Shown: positions 41,869 to 52,307, counted from the first letter of the stretch. The stretch is DNA of 64,000 nucleotides from Candidatus Cloacimonadales bacterium (GCA_963665815.1 OY762463.1:2624001-2688000), one strand, 5' to 3'. Notes: generated by a model not told the origin, from the letters alone. Program-made: numbers and translations.

Positions 41869-43875
41869 TTATTTATTGTCTTTATAGTAATCATGACTTT
41901 CCATTTCGAAAAAGTAATCAGCCAACTCCATAAGTAATTGAGAATTACTTGGAACATAAGATTTTGGAAACTCTTCGGGCAAGTATTCATATAAAATTTC
42001 GATGAATTTAAAATTAGCAGATAAAAAATGCATATTATTCAGTTCACACTTAATGAGCTCAATAGCCTTTATTGTATTTTTTTTGTTTATTCTTAGAATA
42101 TCATTGTTTGAATTTGTTATTTCTATATTTAGATTTGATTCCAAATAAGATGCATCATTGCAAGTATAAAAACATGGATATTTTTGGCTCAAGGAATCAA
42201 GTCTATCCAGTATATTGATATGGAATTCTCTTAGTTCCTTGATTTTGCACTTTTTCTCAGATGAACTTAGTCCTTGAATTTTCTTGTAAGCCAACTTCAA
42301 GTAATTCTTAATATCTTCTCTGGAGAAATCTGGTAAATCTAGAGTGCATTTTTTTAACTGGTTATTACTTAAGATTTGTAAAGCTGCTAAAAGTTTTGCT
42401 GTGTTGTGCTTCTTCCTGAAAAGAACTGATTTATCATCACAGTTAACTACTAAATCAGTGAGTTTCATTTTTTGGTGTTTAATTTCATAAGTTAACTTAG
42501 TATATCGGCAGTTCATGTCCTGAATATCAGGAATGACTTGTACTTGCATAGATTTCAATGGATACGATAGAAATCTTTCGAAGGGATCTTGATATATATA
42601 CTCTTCAATTTCCCCAGTATCAATATTATATTTGTAATTATTGATTTCACCATCCCACAATATTGCAGTCGAGTCACTCAAAATGTTTATATCTCTTATA
42701 TTAAAATCAAGCTTATCTAACCTGTACCAGGTATTATTCTCTTTTATCAGCAGGAAACCATCTCTAAAACCCCAGATTCTTGAATCTGAGTCTTTTGCTC
42801 TTTTTAAATAGGGAACCTCAATATCAATATCATTTGATAAACGATGGAATTTAACCTTTTTCTTATCATTGATTGAGTAAAAACCGAATCCACCACTGAG
42901 AATATAATATTTGTCTTTATACTTTGAAAATTTCGATAACTTGTTCCCAAAACCATAATTATCTGCAATACAAGCAGATTCATTTATTGAATCATCTAAT
43001 GTGCTAAAGCTGTGCAGATTGAAATGTTTATATTGTAACAATATAGTATGATGCATTTTATCTATAATAAAATAATTGACATCTTTGTATTCCTGCCAGC
43101 TTAATGAATCTAACTCCGTGTAGAATACTCTTCTATTATACTCTACAATGATCTGATTATCGTACACAGCACATTCTTTATGAAGTTTATCATAATGATT
43201 TTTTTTAAAATAGTGGTTATCATCATCAAAGGGAATTAGAATTTTATCATAGGTTTCCCAATTATCTCTTGTTAACAAAAGAACATTACTTCCATCTTTC
43301 TTTACTACACCTAAAGTATCATCCTGCATAAATAACCTGTACTCAATGAACTTGCTGTAACTTCTGCCTTCAGGAATATGCTTCTTTATCCAATTCAAAC
43401 CATAATCTGAAGAATATAGGATATCATTATATAAGCTTACAATCCAAATATTACCGGAAGTATCATAATCTAGGTCTACTACATCTCTGACATTGTAATC
43501 CCAGTTTCTAAGATTCCATGATTTTCCTCCATCATCAGTAATGAGATAACCAAAAGCTATATCATCAATACCGGATATATAGCCAGTAATAATTCCTCTA
43601 AGGCTGTCAAAAAATGTTATATTCTTAATTGTGTTAAAAGTGCCTTTAACACCTCTGATTGAATCACAGAAATTTTCATAAATTTTACATTCTTCACTTT
43701 TATCGTCGGTAACTATAAGATCATAGTCATCTACTGCCCATATTTTTCCATTTTCAGTTATAGTAAAATCATTAATCTTCTCGTATTTAAACAACCCCCG
43801 AGTATCTTTCTCGTGGCAAAAAACAGATAAAATAAAGATTCCAAGAAGAAATGATAAAATAAACCTTTTTTGCAT
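41869..43875 (-). CDS. Secreted hypothetical protein with BNR/Asp-box beta-propeller repeats
   Basis: Signal peptide; TDDGGKSW, SSDYGLNW and TRDNWETY Asp-box-like repeats; very AT-rich. Confidence 0.8.
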   Translation of the reverse strand: MQKRFILSFLLGIFILSVFCHEKDTRGLFKYEKINDFTITENGKIWAVDDYDLIVTDDKSEECKIYENFCDSIRGVKGTFNTIKNITFFDSLRGIITGYISGIDDIAFGYLITDDGGKSWNLRNWDYNVRDVVDLDYDTSGNIWIVSLYNDILYSSDYGLNWIKKHIPEGRSYSKFIEYRLFMQDDTLGVVKKDGSNVLLLTRDNWETYDKILIPFDDDNHYFKKNHYDKLHKECAVYDNQIIVEYNRRVFYTELDSLSWQEYKDVNYFIIDKMHHTILLQYKHFNLHSFSTLDDSINESACIADNYGFGNKLSKFSKYKDKYYILSGGFGFYSINDKKKVKFHRLSNDIDIEVPYLKRAKDSDSRIWGFRDGFLLIKENNTWYRLDKLDFNIRDINILSDSTAILWDGEINNYKYNIDTGEIEEYIYQDPFERFLSYPLKSMQVQVIPDIQDMNCRYTKLTYEIKHQKMKLTDLVVNCDDKSVLFRKKHNTAKLLAALQILSNNQLKKCTLDLPDFSREDIKNYLKLAYKKIQGLSSSEKKCKIKELREFHINILDRLDSLSQKYPCFYTCNDASYLESNLNIEITNSNNDILRINKKNTIKAIELIKCELNNMHFLSANFKFIEILYEYLPEEFPKSYVPSNSQLLMELADYFFEMESHDYYKDNK

Positions 43876-43943
43876 TACACATCCCAGTATTAATTTAATT
43901 TAAAAAAGATTGCAAAGAAATATATGTCAATATAAAATAATTC

Positions 43944-44440
43944 AGGGATACCCCCATTTTTAAAAAAGTATGTCATCAGAAATTCAATGTGTGTTATTAT
44001 ACTTTCATTTCTTTTCTACGGAAAAGAAAGCACTTTTTATGCTTTCCTTCGGAAGCGCATTCACAAAGAAAACTCCCCATAGTGTTTCCGAAGGTGACTG
44101 AGGAAATACCAGAGAAACGGTCGAAAGATTATTTAAGAAACTTATTCATCTTGGGCTTTGTTAGGCTCGCTGCAAAGCTATATTATTTCGTAAAATAGCT
44201 CAATCATGGGCTTCTCGCAATACATTAAATTATATCATTAGCTCGGACAGGTAACAAAGCCTGTTCAAGATTCACCTCATTTCTTCGAGACAATAATCTT
44301 TCTCAAATGTGGGTCTTTACAAAGATTATTAGAGTTTCTTCAAAACCTGTTAGTTGTTAAATTTTACTATTTACAGGTAATAAATATCTATATTACAATC
44401 AATTGCATTATAATGGAAATATAATTTTGGGGGTATGCCT
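43944..44440. mobile_element. ~500-bp non-coding MITE-like element with terminal inverted repeats
   Basis: AGGGATACCCCCA...TGGGGGTATGCCT (12/13 IR); long internal pairings AAAGATTATT/AATAATCTTT and GGCTTTGTTA/TAACAAAGCC; AAAATAATTC on both flanks (43934-43943 and 44443-44452). Confidence 0.7.
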
Positions 44441-44485
44441 CAAAAATAATTCTTTACAATTCGCTTTTTTTTACATTTAACCTAC

Positions 44486-44522
44486 TAAGTAATCCTTAAC
44501 AACTGAAAAATCTTGTAATTCA
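44486..44522 (-). pseudogene. Tiny remnant of a second rhuM-like gene
   Basis: 23 nt identical to rhuM 41512-41534; translates as ELQDFSVVKDYL vs ELGSISVVKDYL in rhuM. Confidence 0.6.
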
Positions 44523-44537
44523 AATCAACCGAGCCTA

Positions 44538-44810
44538 CTAATTATTTATCTCAATCACCTTATTATCAATTAGTGTTTTTAGTATATCAAGCACTTCATT
44601 TTCATCTTCCTGATCAATTCCGGATTCAGTCATTAATTGTTTGATCTGTTCAGGTTCGGCAGTTGGAAATGGTAAGTTAAACAGGAATTTTCCCTGAGCA
44701 CGGGTCAGGTTTATTCTCCATTCTTTTTTCTTTCTACCATCTCCTTAGAATATCGAAATAGCAGTAATATAGTCGTTGTTTCTTCTTAGATGAAACTGCA
44801 CATCTTTGTT
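44538..44810 (-). pseudogene. C-terminal gene remnant with an in-frame stop
   Basis: Reads KDVQFHLRRNNDYITAISIF*GDGRKKKEWRINLTRAQGKFLFNLPFPTAEPEQIKQLMTESGIDQEDENEVLDILKTLIDNKVIEINN*. Confidence 0.55.
44672..44715. repeat. 44-bp direct repeat copy 1
   Basis: 38/44 identical to 45883-45926; core CCCTGAGCACGGGTCAG. Confidence 0.8.
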
Positions 44811-44912
44811 CTGTCATGTGTTGACCAATATTACTGACAGTTAATGCAAATAAAAAAAGACCACTCTCTTCAGAATGATCTTCTATTAAATTATGAATAT
44901 AGTACCAGTTTA

Positions 44913-45671
44913 TTATTTCCAGTATTTCAATTTGTACTTTGTCAGCAGTTTTTTAAGTTCTCCATTTTCTTCCATTTTTTTTATTCCCTTCGTAAGGATT
45001 TCAGCATATTCTTTTGATTTAGGATTCTTTGGAGAAAAGGCAATATATATTTTGTTTCCCTGAGAAGGACTACCGGCAGACTTCACTTTTTCCGTTAGAT
45101 TTATCTCAGCTATTTTTTGAGCCGCAACATTTCTGTCTTCCACGAAAACATCAATTCTGCCGCTAACCAGCTTCTTTATATTCATTTCAAGAGGATTCGA
45201 TCCAAAAACAAAATCAACATTTTTCGAGTTTTTGCTGAAATACTCATCCAGTTCATCGCCATACGAGTAATCTTTTATCAACCCGATTTTCTTATTATCA
45301 AGAGAATTTAATCCAGAATACTGCCATTTTGAGTCCACTTTAACGAAGAACTCATTAATAGAATATCCAAATTCAACATCAGGATAAATGAAATCAGGAG
45401 CATCTTCTTTAAAAGCACCAATAACAGCAGTATATTGACCATTTCTGGTTGTCTGAACAGCTCTGTTCCATGGGATCACTTCGTATTTGACAGTGTGTCC
45501 TGCTTCCTTAAAAATCATCTCAGCCAATTCAATTCCATATCCAGGTTTATCTGATTTTGGTACCCCATTATAAGGCATCCACTCATCGGCAGCTATTGTG
45601 ATAACGTCAGAAAAAATATTCAATGCTGTAAGCATCATCAGGCAAATTAGAACTAATGTTATTTTTTTCAT
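44913..45671 (-). CDS. Family 3 (amino-acid type) periplasmic substrate-binding protein, orphan
   Basis: Signal peptide; ADEWMPY, PWNRA, YSYG, GRID and YIAFS motifs. Confidence 0.9.
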   Translation of the reverse strand: MKKITLVLICLMMLTALNIFSDVITIAADEWMPYNGVPKSDKPGYGIELAEMIFKEAGHTVKYEVIPWNRAVQTTRNGQYTAVIGAFKEDAPDFIYPDVEFGYSINEFFVKVDSKWQYSGLNSLDNKKIGLIKDYSYGDELDEYFSKNSKNVDFVFGSNPLEMNIKKLVSGRIDVFVEDRNVAAQKIAEINLTEKVKSAGSPSQGNKIYIAFSPKNPKSKEYAEILTKGIKKMEENGELKKLLTKYKLKYWK

Positions 45672-45882
45672 TGCATACTCCTTACTTAAGTTACATCATG
45701 TATAATGATAAACTAACAAAACATATGCAAAAGCCCAGATATAAAGTATATTACAAAAAAAACGTACTCTTAGTATTCTAAATATACTCCAGCTTTGCAA
45801 TCTCGTGAATCTACATTTTCATCATTTCAGTTTTTTACGATAAAATGATATCGCCTGAAACTCCATCTGCAATTAGTAAGTA

Positions 45883-45926
45883 GTAAGTTAAATGGAAATT
45901 GCCCCTGAGCACGGGTCAGATTTATT
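45883..45926. repeat. 44-bp direct repeat copy 2
   Basis: 38/44 identical to 44672-44715. Confidence 0.8.
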
Positions 45927-46278
45927 ATACACTTTTCTGTGTGAATGATTTGTCATTCTCATTTCATATTCTTATTGATTATCAATATATTTTACAGCGT
46001 TTTCTAACTCTGTGAGTGTCTGTAGTCACCTTTTAATGTTATAAAATGCGATCAACTATTAACAGATGTATACACAAATATGATATTGAACCACTTAGAA
46101 CATAAAAACCTCTTATGATAATTTTCTCAATTTTTGTGTAGCTTTATACTTTTGTAAAGCACTGTACACAAAGTATGCAATAGTAATAAATACTTATTAA
46201 CTCAATTGAAACTGTTACATTATGACAGAGAATGTAATCTTTTTATTTGACAAACACTTACAGCTTAAATTGATTGGT

Positions 46279-46301
46279 TTCCAATATTGGAATCAATATT
46301 G
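46279..46301. promoter_or_regulatory. Tandem CAATATTG palindromes, candidate operator upstream of the C25 protease
   Basis: TTCCAATATTGGAA (46279-46292) then CAATATTG (46294-46301), downstream of TTGACA at 46247. Confidence 0.5.
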
Positions 46302-46341
46302 TTACAAAGAATGAAGTATGAAAACCAATGAGGAAGGATAA

Positions 46342-49300
46342 ATGAAAAAAACAATGATTTTCGTAATCATGTGTATTTTTGCTACACTGATTGCAGCAGA
46401 AACTATTAACATGAGCTATCATTTTGAGGCTCCAACATTCAAAACTGAAGATGGATACACGAAAGTATCTCTGAATAATTCACGTTACTTAACAAATCCG
46501 GGGCATCCTCAACTTCCTGTTCTGCCTGTTCAGATTTTACTTCCTCCGGGAAAGAAAGCTGAATCAATACGAGTTAAATCTCCGGAGACAGAAATGCTGC
46601 TGGAAAATGTTAAGGTTTACCCATCACAAAGACAATATAGAATAGGTTCAGATGATCCTTTCATTTTTGACGAACCGAATCAGGAAATATATAATTCGGA
46701 TAAAATCTATCCTGAAAATATGCACACAACCTACTCTACACAGTATTTCAAAGGTTTTTCTGTTTTTATTACAAATCTTTATCCTGTAAGATACGAACCG
46801 GAAACAGGTTCAGTACTTTTCAGTTCAGAACTTAACATAGAGATTGATCTTATTGAAGATGGAGAATCTGCAGGAGCTTTTTCAAAAATGTATAAGCAGG
46901 ATGGAAAAAGCTATATGAGAACTGCAGTAGATAATCCTGATATGGCGGATCAGTATCCTGTTGTTCTAAATGAAAGAACAGAGGTAAATGCTTATCTTAT
47001 AATTACTTCTTACAATTTTTATGGTGCATCTGGACTTCAGGATCTATATGATTTCAAAGCATCCCAGGGATATAATCCTGTAATCAAATATGTTGAAGAT
47101 ATTTATACTCAATATCAGGGATCAGACAACCAGGAGAAAATCAGAGAATGTGTTAATTACTATTATAGAAACCATGACACAAGATATGTAATTCTGGTTG
47201 GAGATGTTGCTTCTGTACCGCACAGAGGATTTTATGGTTCTACTGGAGAATCAACAGATTACGATATACCTGCCGATTACTACTATTCTGCATTAGACAG
47301 CGTGGGAACAGGTAACGGTCCTGATTTCAATAAAGATAATGATAACAAATGGGGAGAACCTGAGGAATCAGATTTTATGCCTGAAGTAGAGATTGGAAGA
47401 CTGACAGTTGACAATGCTGCTGAACTCAGTAATGCTGTAAATAAACAGATCAAGTATCACTCTGCTCCTGTAATCAGTGATCTGCTCGATGTACTCACTG
47501 TTGGAGAAAGTCTTAACAATAATCCTCAGACCTGGGGTGGTGACTATAAAGATGAAATTGTTACCAGCGGATCTTACAACGGATACTATTCCGGTGGGTT
47601 TGACAATGATTTCAATGTTTCAACCTTATATGAGAGAGACCAGTACTGGGGAGAAACTACAATAAGGAATGCTCTGAATAGCGGAGTAAACCTTGTTAAT
47701 CACCTTGGACACTCTACAACTACATATAATATGAAGTTTTATAACGGTTCTGTTACAGATAATCAACTTACGGCAAATGGAATCAACCACAATTATTTTA
47801 TATTATTCTCACAAGGGTGCTACAGCAGTGCTTTTGATGACAATGATGCTATTTCAGAAAAGTTTACAAGTATAGCCAATGGCTGTGCAATATATATTGG
47901 TAATTCACGTTATGGCTGGTATGCTCCGGGATCAACAGACGGCGGTTCACAATACTTCGATCGTCAGTTTTTTGATGCCTTCTTAAGAGAAGGTATTCAT
48001 TCAGTCGGTGGAGCATTAAATGATGCCAGAATAGAAGGAGCTTCACAAGCATACTCCGATCCGGGAATACGCTGGTGTTTTAACGAGTTAACAATTTCAG
48101 GTGATCCTTCAGTATTTGTATGGACAGATCTTCCCGGTAATCAGGATCCGATATATAGTTCCAGCATAAATATGGACGATGAAACTCTTTCCGTATTTGT
48201 TCCTAACGGTTTATCAGATGTTTCTCTGATGAACGGTGACGATGTTATTGCCTCCGTCAGAACAGATGGAGCCGGAATGGTTGATCTTGATCTGTCAGGT
48301 GGATTTTCAGAACCTGTAACGCTTGATATGATTATTACAAGTCCAAACAATTACATTCACAGAGGTACAGTTGAAGTTGTTCCTCCATCAGGACCTTATG
48401 TCTCTCTTATCAGTGCAGAAGTATCTGACGATAATGATAATCTTATTGCTGCCGGAGAAACAATTGATATAGAAGTTGAATTGAAGAATGTAGGTTCCGA
48501 CAGTGATGATTTGCAGTCTGTTTCAATAACCTGTGATAATCCTTCAGTTCAGATAATTAATGGAACAATTTCTAATATTGGAACAATCAGCAGTAATGAA
48601 ACAATAGAATTGCAGGAAAATCTTAGAATCAGAGTTTCCAGAGATTTTTACAATGAAGATCAATTTACTCTGAACTTTACTTTAACAGGGTCGAACTCAA
48701 CCTGGACATCAACCAGAACTTATACAGTTTATAAGGAAAAGATAAGAATATCCTCAATCACAATTGATAGTTCCGATAATTTAATACATGCAGGTTCAAC
48801 AGAAAATATTACAGTTGTTGTTGAGAACACAGGTGGTGTCTCAGCAAACAATATCGAAGTTGTTCTTGAAAACAATGAGCCTAATATAACTATCAACACT
48901 CAGGAACTCCAGATTCAGGAACTCGAATCCGGAAACAATACCACATTGTCATTTGAAGTTTCAACTGATTCTACAACTCCTTCAGGATACATGGCAGAGC
49001 AATATCTTGTTTGTTATCAGAATAATGTGGTAATATCATCAGAAAGTTTTGTTCTAACAGTAGATCAACCGATATTAGGTTTTGAAGAAGGTGATTTCAG
49101 TGCTTTTAACTGGATGCACAGTGGATCTCAGGACTGGGTTATTGATCAGACTTCTGCTTTCCAGGGAGCATATTCCATGAAATCAGGTCCTATCTCAGAT
49201 AACCAGACAACATCTGTTTCTTTAACAGTTAACATACTTAATTCAGGCCAGATCAGTTTCTTCAAAAGAGTATCTTGTGAAGAAGATCCTGATAACGACT

Positions 49301-50142
49301 TTGATAAATTGATATTCTATATTGATGGAAACGAGATTGCAAGATGGGACGGTGAAATACCATGGAGTGAATCTATATTTGATGTAGAAAGTGGATTCAA
49401 AACATTTAAATGGGAATACGTTAAGGATGCTTACACAGCTTCCGGAGATGACTGTGCCTGGGTTGATAATATTACCTTGCCTGCTTTTGCTGAAGGACGA
49501 GTATCGGAGCTTAGTGTAGATTCAAGAACTGTTACTCTGGTACAACCTGAGTTGAATCAATCAGTTGTACAAAATGTTGTAATACATAACACAGGTTTAT
49601 CAGATCTAATCGGATCAGCCACATGTGATTATGCCGGATTTACTTTGCTTGATGATTCTGATAATCCTGCAGATACAATACATTTTTCTATCAGTTATCG
49701 TGATTCAGCTATTGTTAAGGTTAAGTTTACTCCTGAATCAGAAGGGGAAATCTTTGCTCAGATGGATATAGAAAGCAATGACCCATTGCATTCAGTCTAT
49801 TACTTGAATCTTGTTGGTACAACAATCGAAGTAGGTAATGATGATAATGATGTCAACAGATTCTCAAACAGAGTGATAGGTAATTATCCAAACCCGTTTA
49901 ATCCTGAGACAAAGATTCAATTCTCAGTTAAGAATGATAACACACCTGTTGAAGTAAAAGTGTATAACATTAAAGGAGAACTTGTAAAAACCTTAGCAAA
50001 AGATACATTTTCTTCCGGTCAGTATTCGGTTACCTGGTATGGAAAAGACAGCAAAAATAAAACTACCGCTTCCGGTGTTTACTTTTATAAAACCGTAATT
50101 GGTAAAGAAAAATTCATTAATAAGATGATCTTATTGAAATAG
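46342..50142 (+). CDS. C25 family (gingipain-like) cysteine peptidase with propeptide, Ig domains and a FlgD/T9SS-like C-terminal domain
   Basis: PGHPQLP propeptide; YVILVGD..VP, D.YYS.LD and IGRL; catalytic NHLGH and SQGC; SGDP; C-terminal NYPNPFNPET..ASGVYFY. Confidence 0.92.
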   Translation: MKKTMIFVIMCIFATLIAAETINMSYHFEAPTFKTEDGYTKVSLNNSRYLTNPGHPQLPVLPVQILLPPGKKAESIRVKSPETEMLLENVKVYPSQRQYRIGSDDPFIFDEPNQEIYNSDKIYPENMHTTYSTQYFKGFSVFITNLYPVRYEPETGSVLFSSELNIEIDLIEDGESAGAFSKMYKQDGKSYMRTAVDNPDMADQYPVVLNERTEVNAYLIITSYNFYGASGLQDLYDFKASQGYNPVIKYVEDIYTQYQGSDNQEKIRECVNYYYRNHDTRYVILVGDVASVPHRGFYGSTGESTDYDIPADYYYSALDSVGTGNGPDFNKDNDNKWGEPEESDFMPEVEIGRLTVDNAAELSNAVNKQIKYHSAPVISDLLDVLTVGESLNNNPQTWGGDYKDEIVTSGSYNGYYSGGFDNDFNVSTLYERDQYWGETTIRNALNSGVNLVNHLGHSTTTYNMKFYNGSVTDNQLTANGINHNYFILFSQGCYSSAFDDNDAISEKFTSIANGCAIYIGNSRYGWYAPGSTDGGSQYFDRQFFDAFLREGIHSVGGALNDARIEGASQAYSDPGIRWCFNELTISGDPSVFVWTDLPGNQDPIYSSSINMDDETLSVFVPNGLSDVSLMNGDDVIASVRTDGAGMVDLDLSGGFSEPVTLDMIITSPNNYIHRGTVEVVPPSGPYVSLISAEVSDDNDNLIAAGETIDIEVELKNVGSDSDDLQSVSITCDNPSVQIINGTISNIGTISSNETIELQENLRIRVSRDFYNEDQFTLNFTLTGSNSTWTSTRTYTVYKEKIRISSITIDSSDNLIHAGSTENITVVVENTGGVSANNIEVVLENNEPNITINTQELQIQELESGNNTTLSFEVSTDSTTPSGYMAEQYLVCYQNNVVISSESFVLTVDQPILGFEEGDFSAFNWMHSGSQDWVIDQTSAFQGAYSMKSGPISDNQTTSVSLTVNILNSGQISFFKRVSCEEDPDNDFDKLIFYIDGNEIARWDGEIPWSESIFDVESGFKTFKWEYVKDAYTASGDDCAWVDNITLPAFAEGRVSELSVDSRTVTLVQPELNQSVVQNVVIHNTGLSDLIGSATCDYAGFTLLDDSDNPADTIHFSISYRDSAIVKVKFTPESEGEIFAQMDIESNDPLHSVYYLNLVGTTIEVGNDDNDVNRFSNRVIGNYPNPFNPETKIQFSVKNDNTPVEVKVYNIKGELVKTLAKDTFSSGQYSVTWYGKDSKNKTTASGVYFYKTVIGKEKFINKMILLK

Positions 50143-50152
50143 AACTCAATTC

Positions 50153-50177
50153 GGGGAGGATTTTTACAGTCCTCCCC
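50153..50177 (+). terminator. Hairpin after the C25 gene
   Basis: GGGGAGGA-TTTTTACAG-TCCTCCCC followed by TTATTTT. Confidence 0.65.
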
Positions 50178-50187
50178 TTATTTTATC

Positions 50188-51444
50188 ATGAAAAACAAGC
50201 TTATACTCCCACTGTTAATACTTCTTCTTACATCCTGTGTTATTCACAGACCTCGCCCGGAACTACTTCAAAAAATAGCAATAGATTATCCTGACAGATT
50301 TTCTAAATCAGATCTTAATGAAATGCGCAAGTTTGGCTGTACATATCAATCTGCATCAGAACTGGCAGAAATGGAAAACAGCTCAGGGGAATATCTTTTC
50401 TCCGGGACTAACATTTCAAGACTTATCTTCCACAATGTTAAAATGAAAAAGATCAGGAGATTTATAAAGATAAGAGAAGATGAACTCAATTTTAGCGGTA
50501 CAGAGATCACAAGAATTATTACCAAAGAAAAATCATACAGAAAGCTGAAGAAAACTCTGAAATTGAAGCGTAATGGAGAATACATATTCAGTGAAAAATC
50601 ATTTTCAGAATATATTACTGCCGGGTATTCCTATAAACATATTCGTCCACTATTGAAGTATTCCAATAGGCTTAAATTGAAACTGTCTGTGTATCATATC
50701 ATGAGGATTCTTAATAGAAACATTAATGATATTAAATCTTTTTCTAAAATGGATAATTTTGCATTTAATGAGGAGGAATTTGTCAGATATCTTGAGGCTG
50801 GCGGTTCATTTGAGTATGCAGAAAGATTGTTTGGTGAAGGATTCTCCGGAAGAAGTATATATAGATTCAGGCAGCTTGGACTGTCAGCGAATGAGGTAAT
50901 CCGGTTTGCAGATACCGATAAACCTGATGCTGTTATTGTTTTCTCTGAGTATGATTATAATGATGAATTTGAAACCCAGGCAAGTATCAGGCTTTTCAGG
51001 GAAATATCCGAGGAATATGATTGTTTTGTCAGGATAGTGAGTTCTGAAATGGAAATTTACAGTATCCTCAATGAGTTCAGGAATATTGATTTACTATGGA
51101 TTGCCGGACATGGGATTAGAAGCGGAATAATTCTGAGTTCAGAAGCAGAGAAAATAGAATCTCCTGAATATGAAAAGTATATGCTGGATACAGGAGATAA
51201 AGAATTGAATGATATTAACATTTTTTCAAGTATTTCATCAGTTTTTCTCGATGCCTGTGAGACCGGTAAAGGAGAATCTCCAACTGTTAATTTTGCCGGA
51301 TTCATAAAAAAAATTCTGCCTGAAGCAAAGATTATTTACTCAGACAGAATCTTCTCTCACGATGAACTGATCCTGGAATCAGCTTATCCGTTAAATATCA
51401 AGTTTATTGAAAAATCTAATCAAAGTATTCCTGTAGTACCTTAA
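50188..51444 (+). CDS. Lipoprotein with helical repeats and a C-terminal caspase/CHAT-like His-Cys domain (tentative)
   Basis: Lipobox LTSC; repeated FSG..I.R motifs; LWIAGHG ... VFLDACETG. Confidence 0.6.
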   Translation: MKNKLILPLLILLLTSCVIHRPRPELLQKIAIDYPDRFSKSDLNEMRKFGCTYQSASELAEMENSSGEYLFSGTNISRLIFHNVKMKKIRRFIKIREDELNFSGTEITRIITKEKSYRKLKKTLKLKRNGEYIFSEKSFSEYITAGYSYKHIRPLLKYSNRLKLKLSVYHIMRILNRNINDIKSFSKMDNFAFNEEEFVRYLEAGGSFEYAERLFGEGFSGRSIYRFRQLGLSANEVIRFADTDKPDAVIVFSEYDYNDEFETQASIRLFREISEEYDCFVRIVSSEMEIYSILNEFRNIDLLWIAGHGIRSGIILSSEAEKIESPEYEKYMLDTGDKELNDINIFSSISSVFLDACETGKGESPTVNFAGFIKKILPEAKIIYSDRIFSHDELILESAYPLNIKFIEKSNQSIPVVP

Positions 51445-51482
51445 CAACCATTTACCTTCTTTCAGTGGGATGATAAATGCAT

Positions 51483-52307
51483 TTAAAACAATCTGTTGTG
51501 TAATCTATAGTCATCAGTTTGATTATTATCTGACAATGATTCCTGAATCTTTCTGAATTCTTCATGTATTTCATCACTGTCTAAGTCTTCTTTAAGAAAA
51601 GTTCTGAAATCATGTGTGTAAGTTATCTTGCTCATGGCGCAGGAAGCAACCATAAATCCGTTAACTTCATTGTAGTTCATACAGGACAGAGTAAAGGCAT
51701 ATTCATTATATGGTCTGGGAGGCCCTAGCCAGTTTCCGGGCATATCAAAAGATCTTTTAGGTGCACTGATCACTCTATTTTTTGTATAGTATTTTTTTGT
51801 ACTGCCATCCAGCCATGTTTTTTCACCCTTGATGTATTGCTGCTTTACATCACCTGCTCTGACCCAGTCCAGCTGTGCTCCATTGGCAACATCATATGAA
51901 TATGGTCCTTCAAAATTGAGTATTCTGTTAACAAGTTCCAGTTCTGTTGTAACATATGCATCACCTATATGACACTCTACATCCAGTACATGGATAGTTT
52001 CGTTATCCGGAATATCGATCAACTCAAAGTCACCTTCCCAGGAATCACTCCATTCATTGTATGAAAGAGTTATTGAGGAGTTATTCAGAACTAAGCTGAT
52101 ATTTTCATTTTGAAGAGAATTCTCATTATTATATACATTAACAATGTAAAAATTCTGTATATTTGAATAAGGTATTAAGAGGATTATATTTTGATCTCCG
52201 TTGTCATCAATTCCCGTTATTGTGTCACTGGTATTACTTTTGTCTCTGCTGTCACATCCAAGTATAACGAGAATAAGAATGAATATGAGTAATGTTAGTT
52301 TTCTCAT
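51483..52307 (-). CDS. Hypothetical lipoprotein, paralogue of 52314..53063
   Basis: Lipobox ILGC; shared QQY, RS and MNY..NG...AS blocks. Confidence 0.8.
   Translation of the reverse strand: MRKLTLLIFILILVILGCDSRDKSNTSDTITGIDDNGDQNIILLIPYSNIQNFYIVNVYNNENSLQNENISLVLNNSSITLSYNEWSDSWEGDFELIDIPDNETIHVLDVECHIGDAYVTTELELVNRILNFEGPYSYDVANGAQLDWVRAGDVKQQYIKGEKTWLDGSTKKYYTKNRVISAPKRSFDMPGNWLGPPRPYNEYAFTLSCMNYNEVNGFMVASCAMSKITYTHDFRTFLKEDLDSDEIHEEFRKIQESLSDNNQTDDYRLHNRLF

Noticed and set aside
43989..44198. 69-aa ORF
   Set aside because: It lies wholly inside the structured MITE-like element, with no RBS or protein-like motif
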